Origin: a bacterium
Lineage (GTDB): Bacteria; Zhuqueibacterota; Zhuqueibacteria; Residuimicrobiales; Krinioviventaceae
Direction of reading: 5' to 3'
Assembly (NCBI GenBank): GCA_963693055.1
Contig: OY843751.1
Location: 3,744,001 to 3,808,000, forward strand
Length of the DNA stretch: 64,000 bases
Shown here: one piece after another, positions 1 through 8,157 of the stretch
Numbering within the stretch: position 1 is the first letter of the stretch
How the letters are laid out: each line of letters starts with the position of its first letter
Program-made: the position numbers and the translations under genes
The notes under the pieces: generated by a model
The model's input: only the letters and a program-made list of their open reading frames with translations
Databases searched by the model: none
Told to the model about the DNA's origin: nothing

Positions 1-958
1 TCCAAAAATCTTTGGCTGCGGCCTGCAGATCCTGCTCAATTGCCAGCGAACAGGGTTTGCCCATTTTTACAAAATCCCGCCACAGCTTGAATAGTGTTGG
101 GCTGATTTGAGAAGCACCCAGCAAATAGCCATGCTTTTTCAAATTCTTTCCGTAACGAGCAAGCGCAATAAACCAGTCATTACCAGTAGAAAACTGTACC
201 CGGTCAGGGGCCACTTGTTCAACAATACGCAAACGATCGATATCATCACAAAAATCATACTGACAAAAGAAATTTGATTTTCTGCTTATCAACGCACTTT
301 TGTATTCATGAATTTCAGGGGTTTGTGCAATAATAGATTCAATTTCAAAAAGATTAAAATTTGAACCAAATCCCGGTATACCAATATCCAGTTCAAAAAA
401 AACAAAACCAAAATCGGTAAATTCAGAGACCACCTTGCCAATTTCACGATACGCTTTAATCTTATCATCTGTCGGAGCGTCATACAATCGCTTATCCGGG
501 ACCGGCATATAACGAATACGGCGCGTGGTTTTACGCACCCGAAGGCCGGCATCAATTTCTTTAATCAGTTCACGGGTTTTACCCGCCACATCTTTGATTT
601 CAAGATCAAAAGGATTGGTATTAAGCCCAGCTACAACCAGTGGTCGGTCGCTTGCTATATAGTCTGAATGTTCGGTTGCCAGCTCGGCGGTTCGCCAGAT
701 GAGTCTTTTGGTCAGATCCCAGTCGTTATAAATGGCCCAGGTTGTATCTACATTGGTTGCAGGCACATGGCCTGAGCGCAAAGCGTCAATAACCAGGTTA
801 TCATAACTCTTCCAGTCAAAATTGCCTTTAGGATCCCACGGCCCATAAAGGGCCGTAGTTCCCAGAATTTCTTTATTACATTGACGATCATACACATCCT
901 GTATGGTCACACCTGTAACCGGAGCAGATGCTTGTGTCAATGAAATGCCTTTTGTCAT
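1..958 (-). CDS. Divergent dihydrodipicolinate synthase-like (class I aldolase, DUF993-like) TIM-barrel protein; 3' end beyond window start
   Basis: Absent from the ORF track because it has no stop in the window. Hand translation from ATG at 958 (TAATG overlap with the upstream stop) is open for 319 codons: MTKGISLTQ...GTTALYGPWDPKGNFDWKSY...VPATNVDTTW...VFFELDIGIPGFG...IHEYKSA...FSTGNDW...GYLLGASQ. These motifs resemble the DHDPS-like family, with a candidate Schiff-base Lys in EYKS. Confidence 0.75.
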   Translation of the reverse strand, partial: MTKGISLTQASAPVTGVTIQDVYDRQCNKEILGTTALYGPWDPKGNFDWKSYDNLVIDALRSGHVPATNVDTTWAIYNDWDLTKRLIWRTAELATEHSDYIASDRPLVVAGLNTNPFDLEIKDVAGKTRELIKEIDAGLRVRKTTRRIRYMPVPDKRLYDAPTDDKIKAYREIGKVVSEFTDFGFVFFELDIGIPGFGSNFNLFEIESIIAQTPEIHEYKSALISRKSNFFCQYDFCDDIDRLRIVEQVAPDRVQFSTGNDWFIALARYGKNLKKHGYLLGASQISPTLFKLWRDFVKMGKPCSLAIEQDLQAAAKDFW

Positions 959-2205
959 TAAGGAATTACCCTCAAATTATTTTTCTGTAAACGTTCCGGT
1001 TCCCAATTCGCAGGTACGGGTTTGGGATATTTGAAAAAGTCTTTAGATTCAACCGGAGCGCCATTATTGGCAGCACTGTCATACAAGGCTTCAACCTGGC
1101 CCAGAATATTTAAAGCACTGACAGCGTCTTTTTCATATTTCTTACCGGTCAAAATGCAAGTCAAAAAGTCAGACAATTCATAAGCGAACGGATCATGATA
1201 CGGGAGATCCAGATATTCCCAATGATCTCTCCACTCTATCTTTTCACCTACTACTGATTTTTCCCAGCGATTTGCCGGTGCTGTTTCTTTCCACTGTACC
1301 TTAAGTCCGTACAGTCCGAAAATCATGGAACCACCTTCACCATCAACAGTGATCTCTAAAGGCCCAAACTCGGAATTTACACGACGATACCATGACCAGA
1401 TAGAAGTATTGATTACACCACTGGTATGTTCACGTCGAAGCGCAGCATAATCTTCAACATCACAATCGATCACAGTCTTCCCGTCTGTGCTCATTCTTTT
1501 GGGAACAATCAGTCTTGCAGAGGCACTCAGCCGTTCAGTCTCACCAAACAAGGCATTTGATAAATACCCTTCATGGCACATATCCAAAATAATACCGCCA
1601 CCAGCTTCATTGAATACCCAGTTAAAGTCAGGACGTTGACCAGAGAATTCAGCATTGCCTTCAAGTCCGGCACCTACTTCATAGCCAAACAACATCTGGG
1701 CGCTAAGGGGTTTGATTTTTGGCATCAGTTCAATGGCTTTCAACAAACCGGGGGTAGAGATCATGTGATGTACAACACCGTGAGTAAAACCACCTTTTTC
1801 CATGGCTTCAACAATGGCAAAACCATCATCATAATTGGATGCCAGAGGTTTTTCCATAAAACAAAATGTGGTTTTGGAATCCAACAGAGGTAGTGTATCA
1901 AGTACAACCTGGCGACGGATGCCGGTAGAAATTGTACAATGATAAATCTGAACATCCGGATTTTGACTTTTTGCAAAGGCATACGCTTCCGGAAAGTTAT
2001 TATAGTAATGTTTCAGTCCTTTTTCTTCTGCAACAGCTTTAACTTTGTCAAGATTACGGCTCACTCCAATTGGCAAGGGTTTTACAATATCACCGTTAAC
2101 AATTGTTTTTTCATCATTGGCAATACTATTTAAAGCAGTTAATGCAATTTGTCCCATTCTTCCTGTAACACCATGTATAATTACAGGGACAATTATATTT
2201 GCCAT
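958..2205 (-). CDS. Gfo/Idh/MocA family NAD(P)-dependent oxidoreductase
   Basis: Rossmann motif IIHGVTGRMG, EKPLA, GGGIILDMCH, DVEDYA. Start placed at ATG 2205 (MANIIV), downstream of GGAGG at about 2215-2219, rather than 2274. Confidence 0.85.
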   Translation of the reverse strand: MANIIVPVIIHGVTGRMGQIALTALNSIANDEKTIVNGDIVKPLPIGVSRNLDKVKAVAEEKGLKHYYNNFPEAYAFAKSQNPDVQIYHCTISTGIRRQVVLDTLPLLDSKTTFCFMEKPLASNYDDGFAIVEAMEKGGFTHGVVHHMISTPGLLKAIELMPKIKPLSAQMLFGYEVGAGLEGNAEFSGQRPDFNWVFNEAGGGIILDMCHEGYLSNALFGETERLSASARLIVPKRMSTDGKTVIDCDVEDYAALRREHTSGVINTSIWSWYRRVNSEFGPLEITVDGEGGSMIFGLYGLKVQWKETAPANRWEKSVVGEKIEWRDHWEYLDLPYHDPFAYELSDFLTCILTGKKYEKDAVSALNILGQVEALYDSAANNGAPVESKDFFKYPKPVPANWEPERLQKNNLRVIP

Positions 2206-2239
2206 GTTTATGTTCCTCCATCGTGGATTAATATTTATA

Positions 2240-3295
2240 TTACAACAAACCCTGACGATAAGCCATTTCAGCATTCAGAATTGAACCACCGGCTGCACCG
2301 CGAATCAGGTTATTTGAAAGTGTTACAAAACGAATAATGTTACCCTCTACCTGCAATCTGCCAACAGAGACAGCCATGCCTGCTGCACGGTCAGGGCTAC
2401 CGGCATTCACATCATAACGATGTTGTGGGCGATCAATTTCAGTACGATAAATAACCGCTTGTTCAGGGGCTGTTGGCAAACCTGCAACTTGTTCTGGTGA
2501 CTTGTAATTCTGAAAGGCCGACAATACTTTATCATAATCCATGTCGTTTTCCATTTCCGCGTGAACAGAGATCAGGTGACCAACTATTGCCGGAACACGA
2601 ATACAATGCGCATGGATTTCCCAATCAGCATCCAAAATATGACTATCATTAAACGTACCACAAATCTTTTTGGTTTCGCTCAACAGTTTAGGTTCTTCAT
2701 TGCCGATATACGGAATAACATTTCCCTGAATATCCATAGCAGACAAACCGGGGTATCCGGCACCAGAGATTGCCTGATAACTTGCAACAACGAGGCGTTT
2801 GATGCCCAAAGGAATAATTGGCAGCAGCGCCATGGTTAATCCTGTGGTTGTACAGTTTGCATTGGTTATGATATATCCCTCGGTATCACTTTGTGCTTTG
2901 GTCAAACCAATATGCTCATGGTTTACCTCCGGTATCAAAATAGGTACATTCTTGTCCATACGATAAGAGCTGGCATTTGAAAAAACCTTGATACCCTGTT
3001 TAGCAGCTTTTTTTTCTATGGTATCTGCAATATCTGCCGGCAAAGCTGAAAAGATCACTTTAATCTCTTTTTCCATCAATACATCAACATCAATAGGATC
3101 AAAAACCAGATCAGTAAAAGTTTCAGGTATACCACCATTAATATGCTCTTTCATCTCGCCCAGTGTTTTACCCGTACGTGCTTCACTGGCACAAACAGCG
3201 CCAAGCTCAAAATAGGGATGACCGTTCAAGAGTTTTAAAAAATGCTGGCCTACAACACCGGTTGCACCCAATACTGCACATTTTACTTTTTTCAT
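2240..3295 (-). CDS. asd: Aspartate-semialdehyde dehydrogenase (archaeal/eukaryotic-type)
   Basis: AVLGATGVVGQ, catalytic NANCTT, YQAISGAGYPG, HCIRVP..GH, NNLIRGAAGGSILNAE. Start at ATG 3295 after GAGGA. Confidence 0.95.
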   Translation of the reverse strand: MKKVKCAVLGATGVVGQHFLKLLNGHPYFELGAVCASEARTGKTLGEMKEHINGGIPETFTDLVFDPIDVDVLMEKEIKVIFSALPADIADTIEKKAAKQGIKVFSNASSYRMDKNVPILIPEVNHEHIGLTKAQSDTEGYIITNANCTTTGLTMALLPIIPLGIKRLVVASYQAISGAGYPGLSAMDIQGNVIPYIGNEEPKLLSETKKICGTFNDSHILDADWEIHAHCIRVPAIVGHLISVHAEMENDMDYDKVLSAFQNYKSPEQVAGLPTAPEQAVIYRTEIDRPQHRYDVNAGSPDRAAGMAVSVGRLQVEGNIIRFVTLSNNLIRGAAGGSILNAEMAYRQGLL

Positions 3296-3333
3296 AACAT
3301 CCTCGTTTATTATATGTTTTTTCATTAAATACT

Positions 3334-3369
3334 AAAAAAAAAGCCCACAGTGTAGTTCTCTGCGGGCTT
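3334..3369 (-). terminator. Intrinsic terminator of the asd attenuator
   Basis: Minus strand AAGCCCGCAG-AGAACTACA-CTGTGGGCTT-TTTTTTT: 10-bp stem with one G-U, then a U-tract. Lies between the leader ORF and the asd RBS. Confidence 0.9.
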
Positions 3370-3391
3370 GGAAATTCTAATGGATATAGTA

Positions 3392-3454
3392 TTATAAAGC
3401 CCAACTCTTTTTAAAAGTCTTTTTCATTGTTTTCTTTTTCATATCAATAGTCAT
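3392..3454 (-). CDS. Attenuator leader peptide MTIDMKKKTMKKTFKKSWAL (20 aa)
   Basis: Hand translation: 7 Lys, 3 Thr, 3 Met, 1 Ile, 1 Asp. AAGAGA lies just upstream of the ATG. The last codons contain TGGGCTT, complementary to the terminator 5' arm. Confidence 0.85.
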   Translation of the reverse strand: MTIDMKKKTMKKTFKKSWAL

Positions 3455-3478
3455 AATTATCTCTTATATTAGTCATAT

Positions 3479-3507
3479 AAATTACTCATTTCCTGACGAA
3501 ATGTCAA
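3479..3507 (-). promoter_or_regulatory. Sigma70-type promoter for the leader/asd operon
   Basis: Minus strand TTGACA-17 nt-TAATTT, about 25 nt upstream of the leader ATG. Confidence 0.6.
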
Positions 3508-3579
3508 GATTTAATATTGGCTTTTTTGTTTAGGAATTCTTATAATATAGTGGTAACTGTTAAATGGAAATGATCAGTA

Positions 3580-4011
3580 TTGCGATTTGAAATTAAAAAA
3601 ACAGGCTTTACCAAAGTATTACCGGGATTGTTTTTCGCAGTAATTGGCAGCACAGGTGTTGCTGTAATTCATTTTTTTCCAGAGATATTGAATCAAATAC
3701 CCGCTTGTATGTTCAGAGAATTTTTTAATATTCCATGTCCGGCTTGCGGAGCAACACATAGTGGTATACACCTGGCTCATCTTAACATACCGGCTGCTCT
3801 GTTGGCCAATCCGTTTTTCTTTATGGTATATATTTTAATATTCCTATGGAGTTTGAATGCTCTGGCAGGATTATTGTTCAAGAAAAACATACAAATTGTT
3901 TTGTCATTAAAAGAGCAAACAATTCTTTACAGGCTTGTTCTTGTATCATTTCCACTAAACTGGCTGTTTTTAATTCTCATTTCTATTTTTACAGGAAGAA
4001 ATGGGCAATAA
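3580..4011 (+). CDS. DUF2752-type membrane protein
   Basis: PACMFREFFNIPCPACGATHS motif, ANP motif and hydrophobic helices. Confidence 0.75.
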   Translation: MRFEIKKTGFTKVLPGLFFAVIGSTGVAVIHFFPEILNQIPACMFREFFNIPCPACGATHSGIHLAHLNIPAALLANPFFFMVYILIFLWSLNALAGLLFKKNIQIVLSLKEQTILYRLVLVSFPLNWLFLILISIFTGRNGQ

Positions 4012-4055
4012 ATTTGTTAATAATATTTAGAATTTTAAATGAATGAACAAGGCAG

Positions 4056-4886
4056 ATGAATAAAATATTTACAGGTGTCACAGTTGACACATTCGACGGC
4101 TTTACCCCCTCATTTCTCATTGGGGGCCTTAAATTACTCGGGCTTGATTTTGTAGAGATCAATAAAACCGTATTTCAGGAAACAGAATTATTTGCTTCTA
4201 AAATTGGGAAAATTCAAACCGGCTTTCACCTCCCCATTATCAGTGAATCCGGATGGGATTTATCATGCCCCGCTTTTCAAAAAGAGATTGAAACCCTGAT
4301 CAATAATCTCAATACCTGGAAAGATAAACTGAACATACAACACGTGGTATCTCATCCCATCGAGTACAGCAAAAGACATCCGAATTTAGAAACATCCAAA
4401 GATTTTTTAATAAAAAACCTTGAACAAATAGATCTCCCTGTTTATATTGAAAATACTACAATATATTCTCCGGAAACATTTCAGGAATTTTACATTGAAA
4501 TGAAATCAACCCTAGGCAAAAAAGTAGCAGGTATCTGTTTCGACGCACCCCATCTCTTTATAACCGGAAACGATCCTGTCGATTTCTTTAACAAAATGTC
4601 AGACAACATTGGAACCATACATTTATCTGATTGTGAAAAAGATAAAGACAGGCACCTGACTTTTGGTAAAGGCGTTTTACCCATTCAAAACATTTTAAAA
4701 CAGATAAATCATTCAAACTTTTCGGGTTATATTACGCTTGAAATACAGCCACACTCTATTCAGAATCTTGATCCATATATAAACAGTTATTTACAAACAA
4801 TAAAAGCTGTTAATTATACCAAATATTTAAAAACTCGGCTTCGAATGATCTTTTTACAACCCCTGATAAAAAGATTTATCAATTAA
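4056..4886 (+). CDS. Sugar phosphate isomerase/epimerase (AP endonuclease 2-like TIM barrel)
   Basis: FHLP, IENT, CFDAPH, IHLSD..DRHL..GKG, ITLEI metal-site motifs. Confidence 0.75.
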   Translation: MNKIFTGVTVDTFDGFTPSFLIGGLKLLGLDFVEINKTVFQETELFASKIGKIQTGFHLPIISESGWDLSCPAFQKEIETLINNLNTWKDKLNIQHVVSHPIEYSKRHPNLETSKDFLIKNLEQIDLPVYIENTTIYSPETFQEFYIEMKSTLGKKVAGICFDAPHLFITGNDPVDFFNKMSDNIGTIHLSDCEKDKDRHLTFGKGVLPIQNILKQINHSNFSGYITLEIQPHSIQNLDPYINSYLQTIKAVNYTKYLKTRLRMIFLQPLIKRFIN

Positions 4887-5099
4887 TAAATCATGTATAC
4901 TCGATTCATAATAATATATTCAGCACTTAAGCTGAAGGATTAATATTTTGAAGAGAATAGAGCAGATCTCACTGTCCGAATTATTTCAATCATTACAAAT
5001 TAAATTGAAATTTATCATTTTTCTATGGGTTTATAATAATAAGAACCTATGGACCCATTCTAATTAATTATTCTCACCAAAATACAGGAGAAAGTCAGC

Positions 5100-6239
5100 A
5101 TGTCTAATCAATATCAAGCAATTCTTCCCGAGCTCAAAGACAAAATTTTGGGATATCAGCTTGAAAACACTTCAGACACAGATACATTAATTGGGCTTCC
5201 CTATCCTTATACTGCATCTGGGCAAAACAAACGTAATGCACTCTATTACTGGGATACGTTTTTCATTAACCAGGCGTTAATCAAATTTAAATTGGTAGAA
5301 AATGCCCGCTACAATGTTGAAAACCTGATCTACCTGTACCGACAATTACATTATATTCCAACCTCAAACCATAAACAACCGGCACACTATTATCATCCTC
5401 CTCTTATGCCCTGGATGATCCGGGATGTTTATCGCGCAACGGGTGATAAAGAATGGCTGCGAAGAATGCTGCCACATGCTTTGGACGAGTTCCATACCTG
5501 GACTACAAAGCCTCATACTTCACCCTCGGGTTTATTTCGGTACCACGCAAAAGATGAAAATACACAAAATGTTGAGAGTGTTGACAAGGGATTAATGTGT
5601 TCACTCCGCTTTGACAACTTGAACAATGTAAATCCGGTTGATTTAAATGCTATCCTTTACCGGAATGCAAAATTGTTATATGATCTGCAAATTGAAGAAT
5701 CTGGAAAAGGAGATGAAAGTCTGTTACATAAAAGTGAACAGATTAAGAAACTATTAGAAATCTGTTGGGACCCCAAAGAAAATTTCTATTTTGATAATGA
5801 CTTTGAAAACAAAACCCACATAAAGATTAAATCTCTTTCAGGATTCATGCCATTGTTTGTAGAAATGGTTGATGGTGATCGCGCCAAAATTCTGATACAA
5901 CAGCTTAAGCTTTTTGCACAACCCGGTGGTCTCTCTTTTACAGACAAAGACTATAACTTGACATCAGCCGGTTTGCAGTACCCATTAACTACGGCCCCTT
6001 GTATCTATTTTATTATTAAAGGCTTGTGCGATTATGAATACATGGAAGATGCATTGGATATCGGATCAAACTGGCTGAATATGATTTATGACACCTTTAA
6101 AAGCTCGGGAGAAATGTGGGAATGGTACAATACGTCCACAAAATCGGTAAAACCTGAAAATGGTGTTGCCAATACTCCCGTTATGGGCTGGACAGCAGGT
6201 ACTTATATTTCACTTTTAGACACACTTGGACTACACTAG
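5100..6239 (+). CDS. Trehalase (GH37)-like (alpha/alpha)6 protein, possibly catalytically altered
   Basis: LPYPY, YYWDTFF, PVDLNAILY, SLSGFMPLF, WEWYN, MGWTAG. The usual ESGWD segment is not present. Confidence 0.7.
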   Translation: MSNQYQAILPELKDKILGYQLENTSDTDTLIGLPYPYTASGQNKRNALYYWDTFFINQALIKFKLVENARYNVENLIYLYRQLHYIPTSNHKQPAHYYHPPLMPWMIRDVYRATGDKEWLRRMLPHALDEFHTWTTKPHTSPSGLFRYHAKDENTQNVESVDKGLMCSLRFDNLNNVNPVDLNAILYRNAKLLYDLQIEESGKGDESLLHKSEQIKKLLEICWDPKENFYFDNDFENKTHIKIKSLSGFMPLFVEMVDGDRAKILIQQLKLFAQPGGLSFTDKDYNLTSAGLQYPLTTAPCIYFIIKGLCDYEYMEDALDIGSNWLNMIYDTFKSSGEMWEWYNTSTKSVKPENGVANTPVMGWTAGTYISLLDTLGLH

Positions 6240-6252
6240 ACGACGACAGATA

Positions 6253-8157
6253 ATGGATACTCAAAAATACTTTATTATTGGAACTGCCGGGCACATTGAT
6301 CATGGCAAGTCTGCCATGGTCAAAGCGCTCACGGGAACAGATCCTGACAGGCTTTCAGAGGAACAAGAGCGCGGAATGACCATTGATCTGGGATTCGCGT
6401 TTTTAAATGAACAGATTGCAATTATAGATGTACCCGGTCATGAACGGTTTATTAAAAATATGGTGGCTGGTGTCAGCACCATTGATATGGTAATGATGGT
6501 TATTGCAGCCGATGATGGTGTTATGCCGCAAACACGTGAGCATTTGGATATTTTAAATGTATTAAATGTTAAACAAGGTATCATTGTTATATCCAAAGCG
6601 GATCTGGTTGACGATGAATGGTTAGAGATTGTTAAAGAAGATATTAGCAGTCTTGTACAGGGAACTTTTTTACAAGACAAGCCCATACTCCCCATTTCTT
6701 CAGTTAAAGGTACTGGCATCAAAGAGTTGAAACAACTACTGTTAGATACAGTTGCAACACTTCCTCCACGAAAAAATCGGGGTGTCTTTTGGATGCCTGT
6801 TGACCGGTCCTTTTCTATCAAAGGATTTGGCACTGTGGTTACCGGCTCGGTATTATCCGGTAGTCTTCAACCCGGTAATGTTCTTGACCTGCTGCCGGAG
6901 CAAAAGCAGGTCAAGGTAAGAGGCATTCAAACCCACGGTAAATCTACAGAAACAATAAGACTGGGTGAACGTGCAGCAATAAACCTGACCAACATATCGA
7001 AAGAAGAAATCATTAGGGGAGATGTTTTGGCTAGTCCCGAATATTTTACGCCCTCTAATATTTTTGATGCAAAACTGGATGTTTTAAAATCAGCAAAAAA
7101 GCCTTTAAAAAACAGGTCCCGGGTAAGGGTACATATTGGTACGCGCGAAGTTATTGGCCGTATCAGAATACTGGATAGAGACCTAATTGCTCCCGGTGAA
7201 AACGGGTATGTACAGCTAAAGCTGGAACAAACAGCTGTAGCCATTCGTCGTGATCCTTTCGTAATAAGACAATACTCTCCGGTTGTGACTATAGGCGGCG
7301 GTATCATTCTGGACACTAACCCGAAACACCATAAACGGTTCGATCATGCCATATTAAAAAAACTGCAAACGCTTGAAACAGAAAATCCATTAGAGACGCT
7401 GAATATTCTTTTAATGAGCAATGCGGAATTAGGCATGAACCTGAACGATCTTGAAAAACAATCTGGCATTGAACAAGAGACATTGAACGAATATCTTGAA
7501 CAGATGTTAAATCAGGAACAGATTGTTAATTGTGGATCAAGTAAAAAGCCGCAATATTTTCCGGCAACCCAACTTGGGCAAACACGTGAAAACATTTTAA
7601 ATTTGTTACAGCAGTTCCATGAATCTGAGCCATTAAAACCCGGTATGAACAAGGCGGAATTAAAAAAGGCTACTCGTTCTGCTATCTTGTTCGAATTCAT
7701 TCTTGAATCACTGATTGATAAAGAATTGATTACCATAACATCAAACCGGGTAAAACTGAGCAGTCATCAGATAAAATTGAATGAAAAACAGGAAAAAATC
7801 TCTAATCAAATTTTGGAAATTCTGACAAAATCCAGATATAGTCCCCCTGGAATTGAAGAACTGGCAAAAGTAATTGGATCACCAGTTCAGGAAACCGAAA
7901 ATATAATCTATGCACTTGAGGGATTGAACAAGGTGGTTAGGGTTGAAGATAATGTTTATTTTACAACAACAGCATTAAAAGCAGCCAGAGAAAAACTGAT
8001 CAACTTTATTAAACAGAATAAAGAAATTACTGTAAGCCAATATCGCGACGAACTGGATACCTCACGCAAATATGCCATGGCTCTTTTACTCTATTTCGAC
8101 AATATCGGTTTGACAGTACGGGTGGAAGATGTAAGAATTCTGGATCAGGTAATTTGA
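6253..8157 (+). CDS. selB: Selenocysteine-specific elongation factor SelB
   Basis: [47 protein letters not shown]-terminal winged-helix [10 protein letters not shown]. Start placed at ATG 6253. Confidence 0.95.
   Translation: MDTQKYFIIGTAGHIDHGKSAMVKALTGTDPDRLSEEQERGMTIDLGFAFLNEQIAIIDVPGHERFIKNMVAGVSTIDMVMMVIAADDGVMPQTREHLDILNVLNVKQGIIVISKADLVDDEWLEIVKEDISSLVQGTFLQDKPILPISSVKGTGIKELKQLLLDTVATLPPRKNRGVFWMPVDRSFSIKGFGTVVTGSVLSGSLQPGNVLDLLPEQKQVKVRGIQTHGKSTETIRLGERAAINLTNISKEEIIRGDVLASPEYFTPSNIFDAKLDVLKSAKKPLKNRSRVRVHIGTREVIGRIRILDRDLIAPGENGYVQLKLEQTAVAIRRDPFVIRQYSPVVTIGGGIILDTNPKHHKRFDHAILKKLQTLETENPLETLNILLMSNAELGMNLNDLEKQSGIEQETLNEYLEQMLNQEQIVNCGSSKKPQYFPATQLGQTRENILNLLQQFHESEPLKPGMNKAELKKATRSAILFEFILESLIDKELITITSNRVKLSSHQIKLNEKQEKISNQILEILTKSRYSPPGIEELAKVIGSPVQETENIIYALEGLNKVVRVEDNVYFTTTALKAAREKLINFIKQNKEITVSQYRDELDTSRKYAMALLLYFDNIGLTVRVEDVRILDQVI

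Noticed and set aside
289-555. 88-aa minus-strand ORF in the track
   Set aside because: Out-of-frame shadow inside the longer DHDPS-like frame starting at 958.
3207-3404. 65-aa ORF spanning the attenuator
   Set aside because: Runs through the terminator and overlaps asd out of frame; the 20-aa leader explains the region better.
3334-3480. Lysine riboswitch or T-box upstream of asd
   Set aside because: Region is too short and AT-rich, and lacks L-box or T-box consensus elements.
4887-5099. tRNA-Sec or other ncRNA upstream of the trehalase-like/selB genes
   Set aside because: Only short hairpins such as TTCAGC-ACTTAA-GCTGAA; no cloverleaf or T-loop.
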